From assembly GCA_040285745.1 (NCBI GenBank), contig JAUFOR010000005.1:310001-374000 (forward strand): DNA of 64,000 nt, read 5' to 3'. The notes under the pieces are model-generated. The model did not search any database, was not told the origin of the DNA, and saw nothing but the letters and a program-made list of their open reading frames with translations. Position numbers and translations under genes: made by a program. Positions 51,576 through 62,064 of this stretch are shown here, piece after piece. Source of the DNA: Barthelona sp. PCE (lineage: Eukaryota). Within the stretch, counting starts at the first letter, position 1; each line of letters starts with the position of its first letter.

Positions 51576-52047
51576 ATGCCCAAGTTGTTTACGCCTGGTA
51601 AGATCTGCATTGTCACTGCTGGTCGTTATGCTGGTAAGAAATGCGTCGTTGTTGAGTGTATGGATTTCTAACTCGCATTGCTTTGCGTTGTTTACCTAGT
51701 TATTCTCATATTTAGCCCACGAGTCCACCAAGGATCGCACTTACGGTCACGTTCTCGTCGCTGGTATCGATCGTGCTCCTCTCGCTGTCACCAAGCGTAT
51801 GAGCAACGAAAAGGTCGATAGACGTTCTAGAGTCAAGCCTTTCCTTAAGGTCATGAACGCCACACACGTTATGGCCACTCGTTACACTCTTGACGGTTTC
51901 CGCATGAAGGAGCTCGTTCTCCCCAAGAACCCTTGCACCGATGTTAAGGCTAGCCGTTCTTCCGCTCTCCAGCAGATCAAGAACAAGTTCCAGAACATCT
52001 ACAAGGATGGCAAGAACAAGTGGTTCTTCAACAAGCTTCGCTTCTAA
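51576..52047 (+). CDS. RPL27: 60S ribosomal protein L27 (eL27); exons 51576-51657 and 51716-52047
   Basis: Spliced: MPKLFTPGKICIVTAGRYAGKKCVVVESHESTKDRTYGHVLVAGIDR...KPFLKVMNATHVMATRY...GKNKWFFNKLRF. Confidence 0.97.
51658..51715 (+). other. Spliceosomal intron (58 nt)
   Basis: GTATGG...TCTCATATTTAG; removal restores the conserved eL27 frame. Confidence 0.92.
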
Positions 52048-52139
52048 GAAAAATTATTAGGGAACATCAATCAGCTTTGAATAAAGTTCTACGGACATAT
52101 AATTTGTCTACAAAACACGTTTTTATTTATTTACTACTT

Positions 52140-53531
52140 ATGGCTGAAGAAGTTCATAATCTCATTGAATCAGGTAACTGGGTCATCGAACCTTTGGGTA
52201 ATTCCCATATTAGCACCAAAAATTTCCATTCCAACGCTAACATAACATATTTCACAAATTTTTTTAAGGATATGGACTTTTCATGTGCTGTTTCTGTTGA
52301 CAATGGTAAAGTTGATGCTCTGTACTGCGTATATGCAGACGCATCATTCGCTTTTGTACTTTCAATATCATCTCTCGAAGTGAAACTTTCCAAAATTCCC
52401 GTTGACTCGATTCAGAGCAGCTTCTCCATGTGTGGGTGCTGTTCTTCCACCGCTTCTGTTGTTGCTAATACCATTGTTAGTGCATTTCCCTCTGCTTCAA
52501 ATCTTCAACATTTGCAAGTCACCCCTAAACTCATTGAGGATATCCTCTCGTTCGAGGAGGAGCTCTTAAGCATCCACACCTCGCACAAAATCGGTGTGTG
52601 TTATGTACAGCAGGGTCAAGACGACGAAACACAATTTTTAAGAAATGATGAGGAGGATTTAACGATGGAAGCGCACCAATTCATTGATTTACTCGGAGAA
52701 AAGGTAGAGTTGGAGGGATTCAAGGGATTCTCTGGTGGATTGGATATAACAAAGCATAACTTCCATGGGAAAAAATCGATATACATGAATCACCACAACC
52801 AAGAAGTGATGTACCATGTGGGTCCATACATACCGTGTGGGGCACACGACACACAGTGCATTGCCCGTAAAAAGCACATTGGTAATGACTGTGTGGGTAT
52901 TGTCTTCCTAGAACAAGGTGCTAAATTCGAACCTTATAAAATCAAATCTCAGCACTTACATGCTTGGATTATTGTTGAGGTTGCACGGACATGGAAGCAA
53001 TCCGATGGCATGAATGAGTCAGACAACAGTGTGCGTCGTAATTCTTTAACTGTTAATCAAAAACCATTGGGTAGGAGGTCATCCATTCCTTATAACTTCG
53101 AGTTAAAAGATGTGGGCATCGTTGATAGGTTTGTAGACATGCTCAGTGACAGCGATATAGACTTAGAGCTTGACCTAGATAGCGAAACACCAGTGAGCCC
53201 GCGGAAGTCTGCTGTTTTTGATCCTGAACAAACATTGGCTTCAAACACGTCAGAACTGAGCATCCACTCGCCCCCTACGAGCCACTACGAGCTGCAGAGA
53301 ACCCTCACAGCAAGCAAATGGTATAGAATAACTTGTATGACTCGTGGACAAATATCGTCAGAACCGCTCCCCTTCCCTGGTATATATCCAGAGGGGAATG
53401 ATGTAGTTGAGCTCTTGTTCTGCAAGGCCGTTGATTTAAGTACCAGTATACAAAATGGAGAGCTTTTCATGATGAGATTTACAGGATTCAGGAGACAGTT
53501 TTTGAGAAAAATTACTCGGGAATATCTCTAA
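52140..53531 (+). CDS. Rap/Ran-GAP domain protein
   Basis: HKIGVCYV..GQ, F.GFSGGLD, EVMYHV, RKKHIGNDCVGIVF. Confidence 0.9.
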   Translation: MAEEVHNLIESGNWVIEPLGNSHISTKNFHSNANITYFTNFFKDMDFSCAVSVDNGKVDALYCVYADASFAFVLSISSLEVKLSKIPVDSIQSSFSMCGCCSSTASVVANTIVSAFPSASNLQHLQVTPKLIEDILSFEEELLSIHTSHKIGVCYVQQGQDDETQFLRNDEEDLTMEAHQFIDLLGEKVELEGFKGFSGGLDITKHNFHGKKSIYMNHHNQEVMYHVGPYIPCGAHDTQCIARKKHIGNDCVGIVFLEQGAKFEPYKIKSQHLHAWIIVEVARTWKQSDGMNESDNSVRRNSLTVNQKPLGRRSSIPYNFELKDVGIVDRFVDMLSDSDIDLELDLDSETPVSPRKSAVFDPEQTLASNTSELSIHSPPTSHYELQRTLTASKWYRITCMTRGQISSEPLPFPGIYPEGNDVVELLFCKAVDLSTSIQNGELFMMRFTGFRRQFLRKITREYL

Positions 53532-53564
53532 CTATCTGGTTAGTTGTTATTAATGAGGGTGTTA

Positions 53565-54077
53565 TTATACAGGATCTCTTTCCATTGCAATAAACGATGT
53601 GCTTAATTTGGAACCGCCGGATGGCAGCTCGACTCTTTGGACTTCAATAGAGAAGTTAGACGGTGATACTGGGTAGCTCTCGCAGTCTGGGCTATCAAAC
53701 GTTAGGGAATCCACGCTCATATTATCATAATCATCCAAAATAGGAGATGTAGCTCCGCTTTCTTCTTCTTTGAAACCCAAAGAGACCTCGCTCATGCTCT
53801 GTTCCAGATAGTCAAGAGAGGAACCATCCATACCAGTAAAATCATTATAATTGGAGAGCCTATTTGAAGCCCGAAGTTTTGTACGTCTAGCACGATTATA
53901 CAACTTTTCTATTGATTTCAGGTGCCTTTCCCTTCGCCTCTGGTGCTTACTGAGCTTCTTCTTTGTCGTTTCATCCTTTTTGCGTGCGTTTTCCCTTCTC
54001 TGCCAATCTAAAGCCAAATTCTTCGAATCAGAATTAAGAACTGATTCGATAACGCCCGAATTGACGCCCGTGGTCAT
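53565..54077 (-). CDS. Hypothetical low-complexity protein
   Basis: Basic then Ser/Asp-rich ORF; first ATG at 54077. Confidence 0.55.
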   Translation of the reverse strand: MTTGVNSGVIESVLNSDSKNLALDWQRRENARKKDETTKKKLSKHQRRRERHLKSIEKLYNRARRTKLRASNRLSNYNDFTGMDGSSLDYLEQSMSEVSLGFKEEESGATSPILDDYDNMSVDSLTFDSPDCESYPVSPSNFSIEVQRVELPSGGSKLSTSFIAMERDPV

Positions 54078-54130
54078 CAACAAAAAATGCTTAAAAGGTT
54101 TAAAAACGGTTTACCTGTCCATGTATCTAT

Positions 54131-56671
54131 TTACTTATTTCTCTTTCGTGCTCTATGTCTATACTTCCGCTGCAATTCTTTAAGCAGCTCCTTAGCCTCA
54201 TGGTGTCTATTAGCTTTTGCATGAGCTCGTGGTGTGTAATCGTCTCTATCTTTCACGAAAGGTGAAACACCTAAATCCTCAACCATGTACTTGATCATCT
54301 GTATATCACCGTGTCCTGCTGCCACATGCAGAGGATGTTCTCCTTTGTTCCTGTTTAGAGGAATGTTGAACTTCCTCAGCAACTTTGCTATATCGAGTGA
54401 TGAAGATCCATCAATTAAATGGACCCATGTATGCCTCGGCATCTTCGCCCCGCACATCAGTGCCTCATTGATGAACCCGTAGTCTCCAATAGCCAATCCC
54501 TTCTTTAGATTTTTCTTATCAAATTTTGCAAGCTGTGATGGCGCTACCTTTGGCTTTGTTTTGAACAATGACTTGATTTGCGGGTTTTCTATCTTTTCTG
54601 CAAGCTCCTGGGGTGTGAACCCTTCAGAATTAGTCATGACCATTAACTCTGGTGCCTTTCTCAAAAAAACGTCAACATAACTGACACGCTCCATGACAAT
54701 GGCGCGATGCAGCTCCTCGAATGATGCCGGAGCAATCTGAAGCATGCCACTCTCAATGAGGTCGGCCAACATCTCTGGATGAACTCCTCTCTCCATGGCT
54801 TCTTGCACCACGTTCTTCTCGGGTACATACTTTGTGTTTACCAGATAGTGCAATAAGCAGTCAGACCGCTTACAATCCAAAAACCATTGGAAAACAACGC
54901 TGTAAGGTCGCGATTCAAAGTGAACCCCCAAGATATCGGGTGAAATACCTGCACGGAGACCGAATATAATCGTATCATCCTCAACACTGAGCGGCATGTA
55001 CTTGCAATGCATGAAATATGTTTCTAAATCTTTTTCTGATAGACTTTCAATATTCCTCTCCATCTCATCAAGCTCCTCTGTGTTCTTCCACTTGTTTGCA
55101 GCAAAGAGCATCTCAAAACGCTGCAATACAGTAGGGTCTGCATCCTTGGCGTTCCTGAAACATGACTTTGCATAGTACATGTCCCAAAGATTGTCTTCTC
55201 CATGCGGCATCATGCCAATCAGTGGCATTGCGAGAGAAATCACACTTACAATATCAAATATAAGGTGCTCACAGCTGAAGAAAAAAACATCTTTGTATTG
55301 CTGCTCGTAGTTGAATAAATCACTGCGTGGGGGAAACCGCATGCGTCCAGCCACGCACTTCCACTGAGTGAAACCTTCTGATACCAGCATATCTAGCAAC
55401 GACAACGTGATATGCTCGCTATGTATCACTTCGATGACGTCTGCAATGACTTCGCTGCTCGCTGATGCCCTCAATAGAAGTTGTAAACAACGTTCAACAA
55501 GCTCAGGTACAAGATAACCACGAGAAATCAGAATTCGCAATACAGCGTGATAATCATCTACTACATCCTCTATCTCTGATATCTGGTGCTTTACCAGGTT
55601 GTATGTGCGGTCCAGGTGCGATAAATACCTGCAATCATGATATTTTACGTGTTTCAGGAAATCTTCTATTTTTTCAGGATCCTTTGTATCAAATATGAAT
55701 GAAAACACCGTCTTTCCCTCGCCTATGGAGTGTAAAAGAGATACATGAGGTATTTCCTGGAACAATTGTCTTGCTGTTATTGAATTTTTAAAAAAAAAAC
55801 GTTTCAGATATTTCTTGATCTTCCTTGGTCTTATAAACCGTTGCCTGATCTTCTTGTGGTGCTCTGCCATGGTCTCGGCGTCTATTCCAAGCATTGGCAA
55901 CTCTACAAATTCTGGAATAGTATAACTCATTCCATTTTTGAAAAAAATCATATCTTGGCTTAATATATTGGCAGGCAACACCGTTTCTCTGTAAAACGCG
56001 CCTATGGTGGTATCGTCTGAGTTGTAACTGTAATGTAAAGGGAGAAATCCTGCCTTATTGTAATGCAAAAGAAGCACACCACAATTAAACGTGTCTAATA
56101 GATATTCGACAAAGGAATCATCCTTCTGGTCAATCAGGTAATGGAAGAAGTTGTTCTGTGTCTCAAAAATGACAATTTTGTTCGATGCAAGGAATTTCAA
56201 AATTTCCTTAAAGTGATCATCCTTAACAAAGGGCATAACACCTTTAATACCATTAAAGAACTCTGTGACACACATGCAATCCATGTCGTATTTAGCAAAC
56301 ATTGATTCAAGAGTGTCAAATCGATTAAAAGCAACTAAAAAAATAGAAAATCTTGCAAAAAATTTCTTGACCAAGTCTTTTCCATCTAAAAACGGTAAAA
56401 AATCGTTAAAATGCTGCATATAACGCAGTGAAGAAGTGCTTTTTTTGAATGCATCTGCATAAAATGAACGAAAAACTGTAACGACCTCCTTATTTGCCAA
56501 CATAACTGGCAAACACCAGTACTGAAACGCAAAGGGGTACTCCCGCTTTGTGTAAGGACATTTATCGAACTTATCCGTTGTTTCAAGCAAATGAGCAAAA
56601 CAATATGCTTCAAAACAGTGTGGGACAATACTCCCCATGTCTGTATTCTGATAACAATGCCCACATCTCAT
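54131..56671 (-). CDS. Ankyrin-repeat protein with N-terminal RING-like Cys/His cluster
   Basis: CGHC...HC...YC..H...CPY at the N-terminus; GFLPLHY, GFTPQELA, GEHPLHVAAGHG ankyrin motifs. Confidence 0.75.
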   Translation of the reverse strand: MRCGHCYQNTDMGSIVPHCFEAYCFAHLLETTDKFDKCPYTKREYPFAFQYWCLPVMLANKEVVTVFRSFYADAFKKSTSSLRYMQHFNDFLPFLDGKDLVKKFFARFSIFLVAFNRFDTLESMFAKYDMDCMCVTEFFNGIKGVMPFVKDDHFKEILKFLASNKIVIFETQNNFFHYLIDQKDDSFVEYLLDTFNCGVLLLHYNKAGFLPLHYSYNSDDTTIGAFYRETVLPANILSQDMIFFKNGMSYTIPEFVELPMLGIDAETMAEHHKKIRQRFIRPRKIKKYLKRFFFKNSITARQLFQEIPHVSLLHSIGEGKTVFSFIFDTKDPEKIEDFLKHVKYHDCRYLSHLDRTYNLVKHQISEIEDVVDDYHAVLRILISRGYLVPELVERCLQLLLRASASSEVIADVIEVIHSEHITLSLLDMLVSEGFTQWKCVAGRMRFPPRSDLFNYEQQYKDVFFFSCEHLIFDIVSVISLAMPLIGMMPHGEDNLWDMYYAKSCFRNAKDADPTVLQRFEMLFAANKWKNTEELDEMERNIESLSEKDLETYFMHCKYMPLSVEDDTIIFGLRAGISPDILGVHFESRPYSVVFQWFLDCKRSDCLLHYLVNTKYVPEKNVVQEAMERGVHPEMLADLIESGMLQIAPASFEELHRAIVMERVSYVDVFLRKAPELMVMTNSEGFTPQELAEKIENPQIKSLFKTKPKVAPSQLAKFDKKNLKKGLAIGDYGFINEALMCGAKMPRHTWVHLIDGSSSLDIAKLLRKFNIPLNRNKGEHPLHVAAGHGDIQMIKYMVEDLGVSPFVKDRDDYTPRAHAKANRHHEAKELLKELQRKYRHRARKRNK

Positions 56672-56758
56672 TTCATTGATGATGCGAATGAAATGAGAAC
56701 AGAAAATGGATCAAAATGCAATTCCAATTCTATCCTTTTTAACAACGGGCTATATTCA

Positions 56759-57097
56759 ATGGACGAACAGAGGGTCGAGAGCCAGATCCGTGATCTTTGT
56801 CAGGAACTCTCAGTACTTGAAACTGATATTTATGGGTTGGAGCGCAATTATCTTGATAGTTACAGGGGAGCCAATGTGATAAAAGGATATTTCCGCACGC
56901 ATCAAATCGCTTTTCCGAAAAATTCCGATGCAATGATGCTCTTCTCACAATCATCTGTAACTAATCCTGCAACTACCGTCAAACCACCTCGACAGACCGA
57001 TGAGCGGCTCATATGCATCCTACAGTGCCCCACATCCAACGTAAATCTTCAGGACGGACTCGATAAGAAACTTTTTGAACCAAAGGATCCAATTTAA
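56759..57097 (+). CDS. EAF6: NuA4 histone acetyltransferase subunit Eaf6
   Basis: LETDIYGLERNYL...NVIKGY...LFSQSSVT. Confidence 0.8.
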   Translation: MDEQRVESQIRDLCQELSVLETDIYGLERNYLDSYRGANVIKGYFRTHQIAFPKNSDAMMLFSQSSVTNPATTVKPPRQTDERLICILQCPTSNVNLQDGLDKKLFEPKDPI

Positions 57098-57120
57098 CTG
57101 TTATTCACTCAAAACATGCT

Positions 57121-58437
57121 TTATTGTTTTCTACTCAGTGTGTCTAAGCTAACAAGCGCATCATTATAATGATCAAAGACTTCTGTGAATTTTTGAATAA
57201 TATTTTTCTCTTCTGCTTTGACAGAAATACCAAACCACTCTAGATTCTTTTTCTCTTGCTGTTTCTCTACCTTCTTCAAGAGTTCTTCATCTAAATTAGG
57301 TTCATTCAATAAAATTTTCCCATTATCTTGATCAATGTAACCGAATAATTTCTCATCCAATATCATGCTTTCAACAAAGTCCACTATCTGCTCTGTACTT
57401 AAATTAGTTAATTTCTTTATATGTTCAATATAAATACAGCTATATGGTTCAAGAATTTGTAGCAAATTTTCTTCAACCAACCTTGACTTCAATCTATTCA
57501 AGCAACGCACGAAATGCTCACTGAACATGTCCTCTATACCAGCCATGAAGCTATCCAAACGATGAGGCTGTCGGTTCCTCACAATATCTGCAAGTTGATG
57601 CAAGTTCTCGAAATGTTCATCATACTCTCTATAATTAACAGTCACCTTGACGTCCAGTAGCTTGGAAAGGTCAGTCCTTAACTGTAAAATCTCACTTAAC
57701 GCAACAAAGATCAAAGATTCAGCAGCCATATCTTTCTGTTTGATAACGTTAAAACCATCAAAACTCTCAAAGAAATAGGAAGCGGCGCTCTTGAAATCCT
57801 CGTCTTCGAGGTGCAATAATCCATTGTGGAAGTCCAATTTAGCCTGTAATTCAGATGTGACATGAATAGCATGCGCTGTCGCCATTGCTGCAATTAACGC
57901 ACCCTTGGCCTTACCAAAGTTCTGCACGCGCATGTAGATCGTGCTTTCCAGTAGGTATAGCTTGGTCAACAATACCTTGTCATCGATTTTTTGTGTTTTA
58001 TAAATGGCTTCTTCAATTAATGCGAGAGATTCACGGAACTTACCCACAATTGAGTAGAGCTCGGAAAGAATGACCTTAATGCGTTGCTCCAATACACGTC
58101 GCTTTGCTTCACGTGCCCATTCCAAAACACTTTCCGTAAACTCAGTACGATTCTCTACTCTTTTGGGTATGGAGCATAGGGTTCTGAGGAGCTTTGAGAT
58201 TCTTGGCCCCGATAAACTGCCAAAGAACGGTTGAATATCTTCCAAAAATCCTGATACCCGTTCATCTTCCATGCCCTTGTAGTACTCTGAAAGCGCTGTC
58301 TCGCGGTGTGTAACCTTTTGGCTATCTAAAAATTAGCGTAATCTGACTATAAAAAGTGTAAGCATACTGTCTATGTAAATATTCCAAAGCTCTTGTTCTG
58401 TAAGCCCCTGGTGGTCTACTGTATCTAATAGCTCCAT
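57121..58437 (-). CDS. RPN6: 26S proteasome lid subunit RPN6/PSMD11; exons 58437-58368 and 58325-57121
   Basis: DDKVLL..LYLLES, KAKGAL.AA, DFKSAASYFFESF, PCI domain (LEPYS...MILDEKL.G.IDQ). Confidence 0.92.
58326..58367 (-). other. Spliceosomal intron (42 nt)
   Basis: GTATGC...GCTAATTTTTAG with an in-frame TAA; removal joins the upstream ATG exon MELLDTVD. Confidence 0.8.
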
Positions 58438-58508
58438 TGTGTACACAAAATAAAAATAGAAGTGAAAAGGAACGAAAAACTGAAATTCAATATCTTTACT
58501 AAATATGT

Positions 58509-60560
58509 TTAAAAATCTTCTTCTTCTTCACTGTCCAAGAAATCCGATGGAATCAGGTCAGAATCAATGTCATAAGCATCATAACCATCAGTATCTACAT
58601 AATAATCTGCGAAACCAAACCCATCAATATTATTGGCCTGCATATTACGTTCTGCCTCCTCCAATAAGTTCGTTGGTACCTCCATTTCTACTACACTATG
58701 AATATGATTGGGATCAACGTTATTATCGCGAACTAAATCAGTTAATGACTGTTCAGCCACAATATCATCTTCATATCCTCTGGTCCCGTAACCCATGACA
58801 GGGTTGGAATAAGAGTTCTGCATGCTATTCACAGGCACATCATCTTCAATGATTTCGTCATACTCATAATCAGAAAACTGCTCCTCTACCGTCCTTGAAG
58901 AATTAGAATGCAGCGTGCTCATGCTCTTCTGGTTGTTCATCTCGCCACACATTGCTAAATACTCATCAACTGCAAACTGTCCCTTGGGTTGTTGGCTTGG
59001 AACATTAAATAAGGCATGTGCCTCTTGATGCATAACATCCTTGTAGTCCACGTTCAGGTTGTGGTTTGAATATGTAATGTATGGATCTAAAAATGAATCA
59101 TCAGGTTCGCTATCATCCAGTTCCAGATAATCTCCATAGTCATCAACTGCATAATTAATGGCACCTGGGGTTTCCTCCTCCTCATAAATACCCTCATCAA
59201 TCATGGACACATGAACAGGGCGAACCTGGGCAGGCAATAACGAATTGCTCGCTGCGGAAGAGTTGCTGGCCGAAGGTGATAGACCTGGTTGTACGTAGCT
59301 CGCGCGCCTCTGTCTTGTCGCGTCGTTCGGGGAGAGGACACTCAGCCGCCTCTTAACGTTCTTGTATGCTTGCTGGTCTTGCTTGATTGCTTTCGCAATA
59401 TCTTCAGGTGTTACGTCAAAAGCATCCAACGCGAGGTTCGCCCATGGCTCGTTACCCTCATCTGTCACCCAGGGGTGCTTTATGAGCTCCCTCATCTTGA
59501 TCCGGTCTTCCGGCTCCTTCTCCAACAAAAGTCTTAGCAAATTCTCCAATAACGGATCAGTGTTCGGTGGAATATACAAGTCTCTACTCATGATCTCCTC
59601 AAATAGGTCAATTGCGTTTTGTGCTGCAAACGGCACGGTTCCAAAAGACATAAGATACAAAGTGATGCCGATAGCCCAGAGATCAACCGCTTCTGGGTTT
59701 CTAATGTGGTCTCCACGGCACACCTCAGGTGCAAGGAATGCGGGGGAGCCCTGTGTTTCGTTGATGGTTTCATCTGCGTCGTCTTCACTCTTAAAAAAAC
59801 AACTCACTCCAAAATCCGAAATTTTTAACTCTCCTGCATGACCAACCAGCATATTCTCCGGTTTTATGTCTCTGTGAAAAACGCCCGAGTTATGTACGTA
59901 CTGTATTCCTCTCAACACGTCTCTGAAATATCGCCAGACATCTGCAATCGGCAAAGGCAAAAAATTCATTTGTACTAGATTGTTCTCACCTACATGCTTC
60001 TTGTTATGGCTCTGGTTCTCTTCCATGAGTTGCATGAGAGATCCCAACTCCATATATTCTAGAATCATAAAAATTTTATCAGAAGTTTCGAAAACCTCAA
60101 ACAACTCTACAATATTGGGGTGCTTGATTTTTTTCATTACGGCAATCTCTTGGTACACGCTGTCTATGAGATTAACACGTCCAAAACCCTGCTTCTTTTG
60201 GAGCCTCTTCTTGTCAATTTCCTTGACAGCGTAAAACTCTCCAGTTTCCCTATGTTCTGCCAAACGGATCTTGCCGAACGAGCCAGAGCCAATCACATGA
60301 AGGAATTCATAGTTTCGCAGATTCTCTTCTGAGTGTGAACGATTTTCCAATCCTGAACCGAAACTGCTCCCCAGTTCAAGTGAATGAGTGCTGATATCTT
60401 TGATCATCCCCTCCAGTGAGAACACTGCGGCACCGCTCTCCTTCCTTTCTTCAGATTGTTTTGGGAAAAATGATTCAATTGCGTGAACTTCGCTTGTTTG
60501 TTCCCCTGCGATCAATGATGGGCTATCCTTGACAGCTATCTTGGAGCCAAAGCACCCCAT
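58509..60560 (-). CDS. Ser/Thr kinase, CaMKK/SnRK1-activating-kinase-like, N-acylated
   Basis: MGCFGSK myristoylation/palmitoylation start; GSGSFG, AVK, HRDIKPEN, DFG, GSPAFLAPE; acidic C-terminal tail. Confidence 0.9.
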   Translation of the reverse strand: MGCFGSKIAVKDSPSLIAGEQTSEVHAIESFFPKQSEERKESGAAVFSLEGMIKDISTHSLELGSSFGSGLENRSHSEENLRNYEFLHVIGSGSFGKIRLAEHRETGEFYAVKEIDKKRLQKKQGFGRVNLIDSVYQEIAVMKKIKHPNIVELFEVFETSDKIFMILEYMELGSLMQLMEENQSHNKKHVGENNLVQMNFLPLPIADVWRYFRDVLRGIQYVHNSGVFHRDIKPENMLVGHAGELKISDFGVSCFFKSEDDADETINETQGSPAFLAPEVCRGDHIRNPEAVDLWAIGITLYLMSFGTVPFAAQNAIDLFEEIMSRDLYIPPNTDPLLENLLRLLLEKEPEDRIKMRELIKHPWVTDEGNEPWANLALDAFDVTPEDIAKAIKQDQQAYKNVKRRLSVLSPNDATRQRRASYVQPGLSPSASNSSAASNSLLPAQVRPVHVSMIDEGIYEEEETPGAINYAVDDYGDYLELDDSEPDDSFLDPYITYSNHNLNVDYKDVMHQEAHALFNVPSQQPKGQFAVDEYLAMCGEMNNQKSMSTLHSNSSRTVEEQFSDYEYDEIIEDDVPVNSMQNSYSNPVMGYGTRGYEDDIVAEQSLTDLVRDNNVDPNHIHSVVEMEVPTNLLEEAERNMQANNIDGFGFADYYVDTDGYDAYDIDSDLIPSDFLDSEEEEDF

Positions 60561-61079
60561 TAAGCTTCAAAACCAAAAAAAGAAAGATTATCTAAAACGG
60601 AAGGTGAATTTCCTACATAGCTTCTGATTTACTTTGGTTGGTCTTTTTAATCCATCTATCACTTATATCATACAGTTTTATTCCAACATTCGGAAAAAAT
60701 GCCTCACACTTTTTTGAAGCTAGTATCAGTTTCTTGATTCTGCTAAATGAAGAGTATATATCGTTTTTACAGAGTGAGGTATAAAAATTTTTAATAAAGA
60801 TGAAAAGAAACTTTTTTTTCTGATGAAAAACTTTTCCTAAATCATTTAAAATATATATCAGTTCTCAAACAGTCTAAACTACCGTTTTTCAATAAATTTC
60901 TCTCGAAATCAACCCTATTCTTTAAACTCATATACATAAAGCAGGTATTATTCATAGAACATGAAGCATTATTCAACCTTTAAAAACTGTATCATCCTAA
61001 CATTTGTACAATCAAATGCATATAAAAATTGAAAACCATGCTGGAGTATCGCTAAACTTTTTCTTACCTTTTCATTGAA

Positions 61080-61940
61080 ATGTCAAAAGAGGAACTTATA
61101 GAAGTTACGCGCATGCTGCTTAAAGAGGTGCGAACAGAGCAACCAAGCCTCAACGACTTGTATAGTGGATTAAGTTCATTAAGTGATATTCTTGATGAAT
61201 TCACGCTGACAACACCACTACTAAACAAGCTCAAGCTACACAGAATCCTCGCAAAGGTGCTTCAAATTGGGCAAAGGGAAGATAACGAGGAAGTAATAGG
61301 TTTAGCCCGCCGTTTGATGAGTGGTTGGTTACCTTTAATATCAAAGGCAGCCGCGCCCAAGAAGAAGTCCACGGCGCGGAAGGTGGAACAGCTCAACGTT
61401 GATATCTCAGCGCCTGTTATTCCTCCTATTGATGCATTTGAAGACGAGCGTCGGACAAGGCTAACTGAAAGACTCATGGCATCAATGCAGATTGGGCTGG
61501 AGAACTATTCATACAACAAGAGGTTGCTGCGTGATCATGCTGTTGCTCTGGAGTATGCCATATATGAAATGTATAGTACAGATATGAAGAGTTTCCGTAT
61601 CTGCTTCCAGAACATCGCAGACTGTCTCCGTACAAACACACCGTTGTTAATTCGGTTGTTAACTGATGATCACATGGATCATCAACAGCTTGTCGATCTT
61701 GATATTGAATTATTGATACCAGAACACATTGCGCAGGAGAGAATGAAGCAGAGGCAACATATGATGGAGTCTTCCGTCACAAGAGAGACTTCTCAGGGCG
61801 CCACCACACATTCTTTTTGTGGAAAGTGTGGTATGAACGTTCTCGCCCAAATTGTGGCGATGAAGCAGCTCCGTAGTGCAGATGAACCAATGACAATGTT
61901 TCTTAAATGTTCTAAGTGCGGTAATCGTTTCAAGAGATAG
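61080..61940 (+). CDS. TFIIS: Transcription elongation factor TFIIS
   Basis: N-terminal helical domain; C-terminal Zn ribbon CGKC...QLRSADEPMT.F..C..CGNRFK. Confidence 0.9.
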   Translation: MSKEELIEVTRMLLKEVRTEQPSLNDLYSGLSSLSDILDEFTLTTPLLNKLKLHRILAKVLQIGQREDNEEVIGLARRLMSGWLPLISKAAAPKKKSTARKVEQLNVDISAPVIPPIDAFEDERRTRLTERLMASMQIGLENYSYNKRLLRDHAVALEYAIYEMYSTDMKSFRICFQNIADCLRTNTPLLIRLLTDDHMDHQQLVDLDIELLIPEHIAQERMKQRQHMMESSVTRETSQGATTHSFCGKCGMNVLAQIVAMKQLRSADEPMTMFLKCSKCGNRFKR

Positions 61941-62064
61941 GCCTTTTTTAAGTTTTTTTAAGTTTTGAATAAAAGACCCCACCATTTTCACCAATGTAAC
62001 CTTCTTTATCTCCATCATGTCCACCAAATATAAAAACACTGTTTTCCAAAAAATCAACTTCTTC

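Noticed and set aside
60561-61079. Long AT-rich gap between the kinase and TFIIS
   Set aside because: No ORF, repeat or stable structure seen; ordinary divergent promoter region.
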